Assembly (NCBI GenBank): GCA_965197905.1
Contig: CBDAOB010000005.1
Span: forward strand, 2,144,001-2,208,000
Direction of reading: 5' to 3'
Origin: Candidatus Latescibacterota bacterium
GTDB lineage: Bacteria; Latescibacterota; UBA2968; UBA8231
Length of the DNA stretch: 64,000 nucleotides
Program-made: the position numbers and the translations under genes
Notes under the pieces: model-generated
Told to the model about the DNA's origin: nothing
The model's input: the letters and a program-made list of their open reading frames with translations, nothing else
Databases searched by the model: none
In this document: piece by piece, positions 63,108 to 64,000 of the stretch
Position numbering within the stretch: the stretch's first letter is position 1
How the letters are laid out: each line of letters opens with the position of its first letter

Positions 63108-64000
63108 TCAATATGGTTCGACGATACTGCTGTCTTCGAGGATTACATCGAGGCAAAGACTCTGCAGTTCCTTTACCAACACGTTGAACGACTCGGGCAC
63201 ACCCGGCTCGGGAGGATTTTCTCCTTTCACAATGGCTTCGTAGATCTTGGACCGACCGGCTACGTCGTCTGATTTTACGGTCAACATCTCCTGCAGGGTG
63301 TAAGCCGAGCCGTACGCCTCCAGGGCCCAAACCTCCATTTCTCCGAATCGCTGGCCACCGAACTGCGCCTTCCCACCCAGCGGTTGCTGGGTTACCAGCG
63401 AATACGGCCCGATCGAGCGTGCGTGAATCTTGTCAGCAACGAGATGAGAGAGTTTGAGGATGTAAATAAAACCGACCGTTACCCGCTTATCGAACTGCTT
63501 GCCGGTGCGACCGTCGTACAGATCGGCTTTGCCATCCGGGTTTAGCCCCGCAGCTTCTAGATTCGACTTCACCTCGGCCAAGGTAGCGCCATCGAACACC
63601 GGTGTGGCAATGTGAAGGTCCATCTTGTGCGCAGCCATTCCCAGGTGGGTCTCGAAGATCTGCCCCAAGTTCATCCGCGACGGAACACCCAGTGGATTCA
63701 GCACGATGTCGATCGGAGTGCCATCTTCCATGTATGGCATATCCTCTTCGGGCACGATCTGGGCTACCACACCCTTGTTTCCATGGCGACCCGCCATCTT
63801 GTCTCCCACGGCTAACTTGCGCCGCTTGGCGACGTAGACCTTCACCAGCTGCACGATACCGGGAGGAAGCTCGTCCCCTCGGGTCATGCGTTCGATCGTA
63901 CGTTCGGTCTGCTCATCGATCAGCTGCAGCTGCTCCTGTGCATAACGCAACAACTCCTCGATCTTGGCGTTGACGTTGTCATTGTCAGTCCAACCATCTT
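63108..64000 (-). CDS. rpoB: RNA polymerase beta subunit (3' part; gene starts beyond the window)
   Basis: [46 protein letters not shown]. Confidence 0.98.
   Translation of the reverse strand, partial: DGWTDNDNVNAKIEELLRYAQEQLQLIDEQTERTIERMTRGDELPPGIVQLVKVYVAKRRKLAVGDKMAGRHGNKGVVAQIVPEEDMPYMEDGTPIDIVLNPLGVPSRMNLGQIFETHLGMAAHKMDLHIATPVFDGATLAEVKSNLEAAGLNPDGKADLYDGRTGKQFDKRVTVGFIYILKLSHLVADKIHARSIGPYSLVTQQPLGGKAQFGGQRFGEMEVWALEAYGSAYTLQEMLTVKSDDVAGRSKIYEAIVKGENPPEPGVPESFNVLVKELQSLCLDVILEDSSIVEPY

Overview
Bacterial chromosomal window, GC-rich by eye. The paired GDF.GDG.I.F.DF..FA EF-hand/dockerin-like tails on secreted proteins suggest an FCB-group organism such as Latescibacterota; this is inference and was not searched. 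Left to right: (1) Two large surface-protein genes, an internalin-type LRR protein and an Ig/cadherin-repeat protein, meet head-to-head near 2.9 kb with neither 5' end visible. (2) An FGE-fold gene and a frameshifted OmpA-domain gene. (3) An RND efflux pair, a CysQ/IMPase and a stand-alone PurH N-terminal domain. (4) A long minus-strand MoxR-DUF58-BatABCDE operon with an embedded GldA/GldF/GldG/DUF4340-type ABC module, whose GldG is internally duplicated. (5) A TPR lipoprotein, an FmdB zinc ribbon and an LpoA-like gene. (6) An atypical ClpX, a sigma54 activator with a degenerate receiver domain, and Lon. (7) Two convergent orphan genes: one reads as a PilZ/YcgR-like protein with a ~190-residue insertion, and both share the motif MGK[AG]FFLRK. 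(8) rlmD, then the rpoBC-str-S10-spc-alpha cluster, which lacks rplC (L3) and also adk, map and infA. I recognised no tRNA, rRNA, CRISPR array or mobile element. Two apparent single-base indels at short runs suggest the consensus contains errors, so structural oddities need read-level checks. The best candidate for an undescribed system is the convergent PilZ-like pair at 37.4-40.3 kb.
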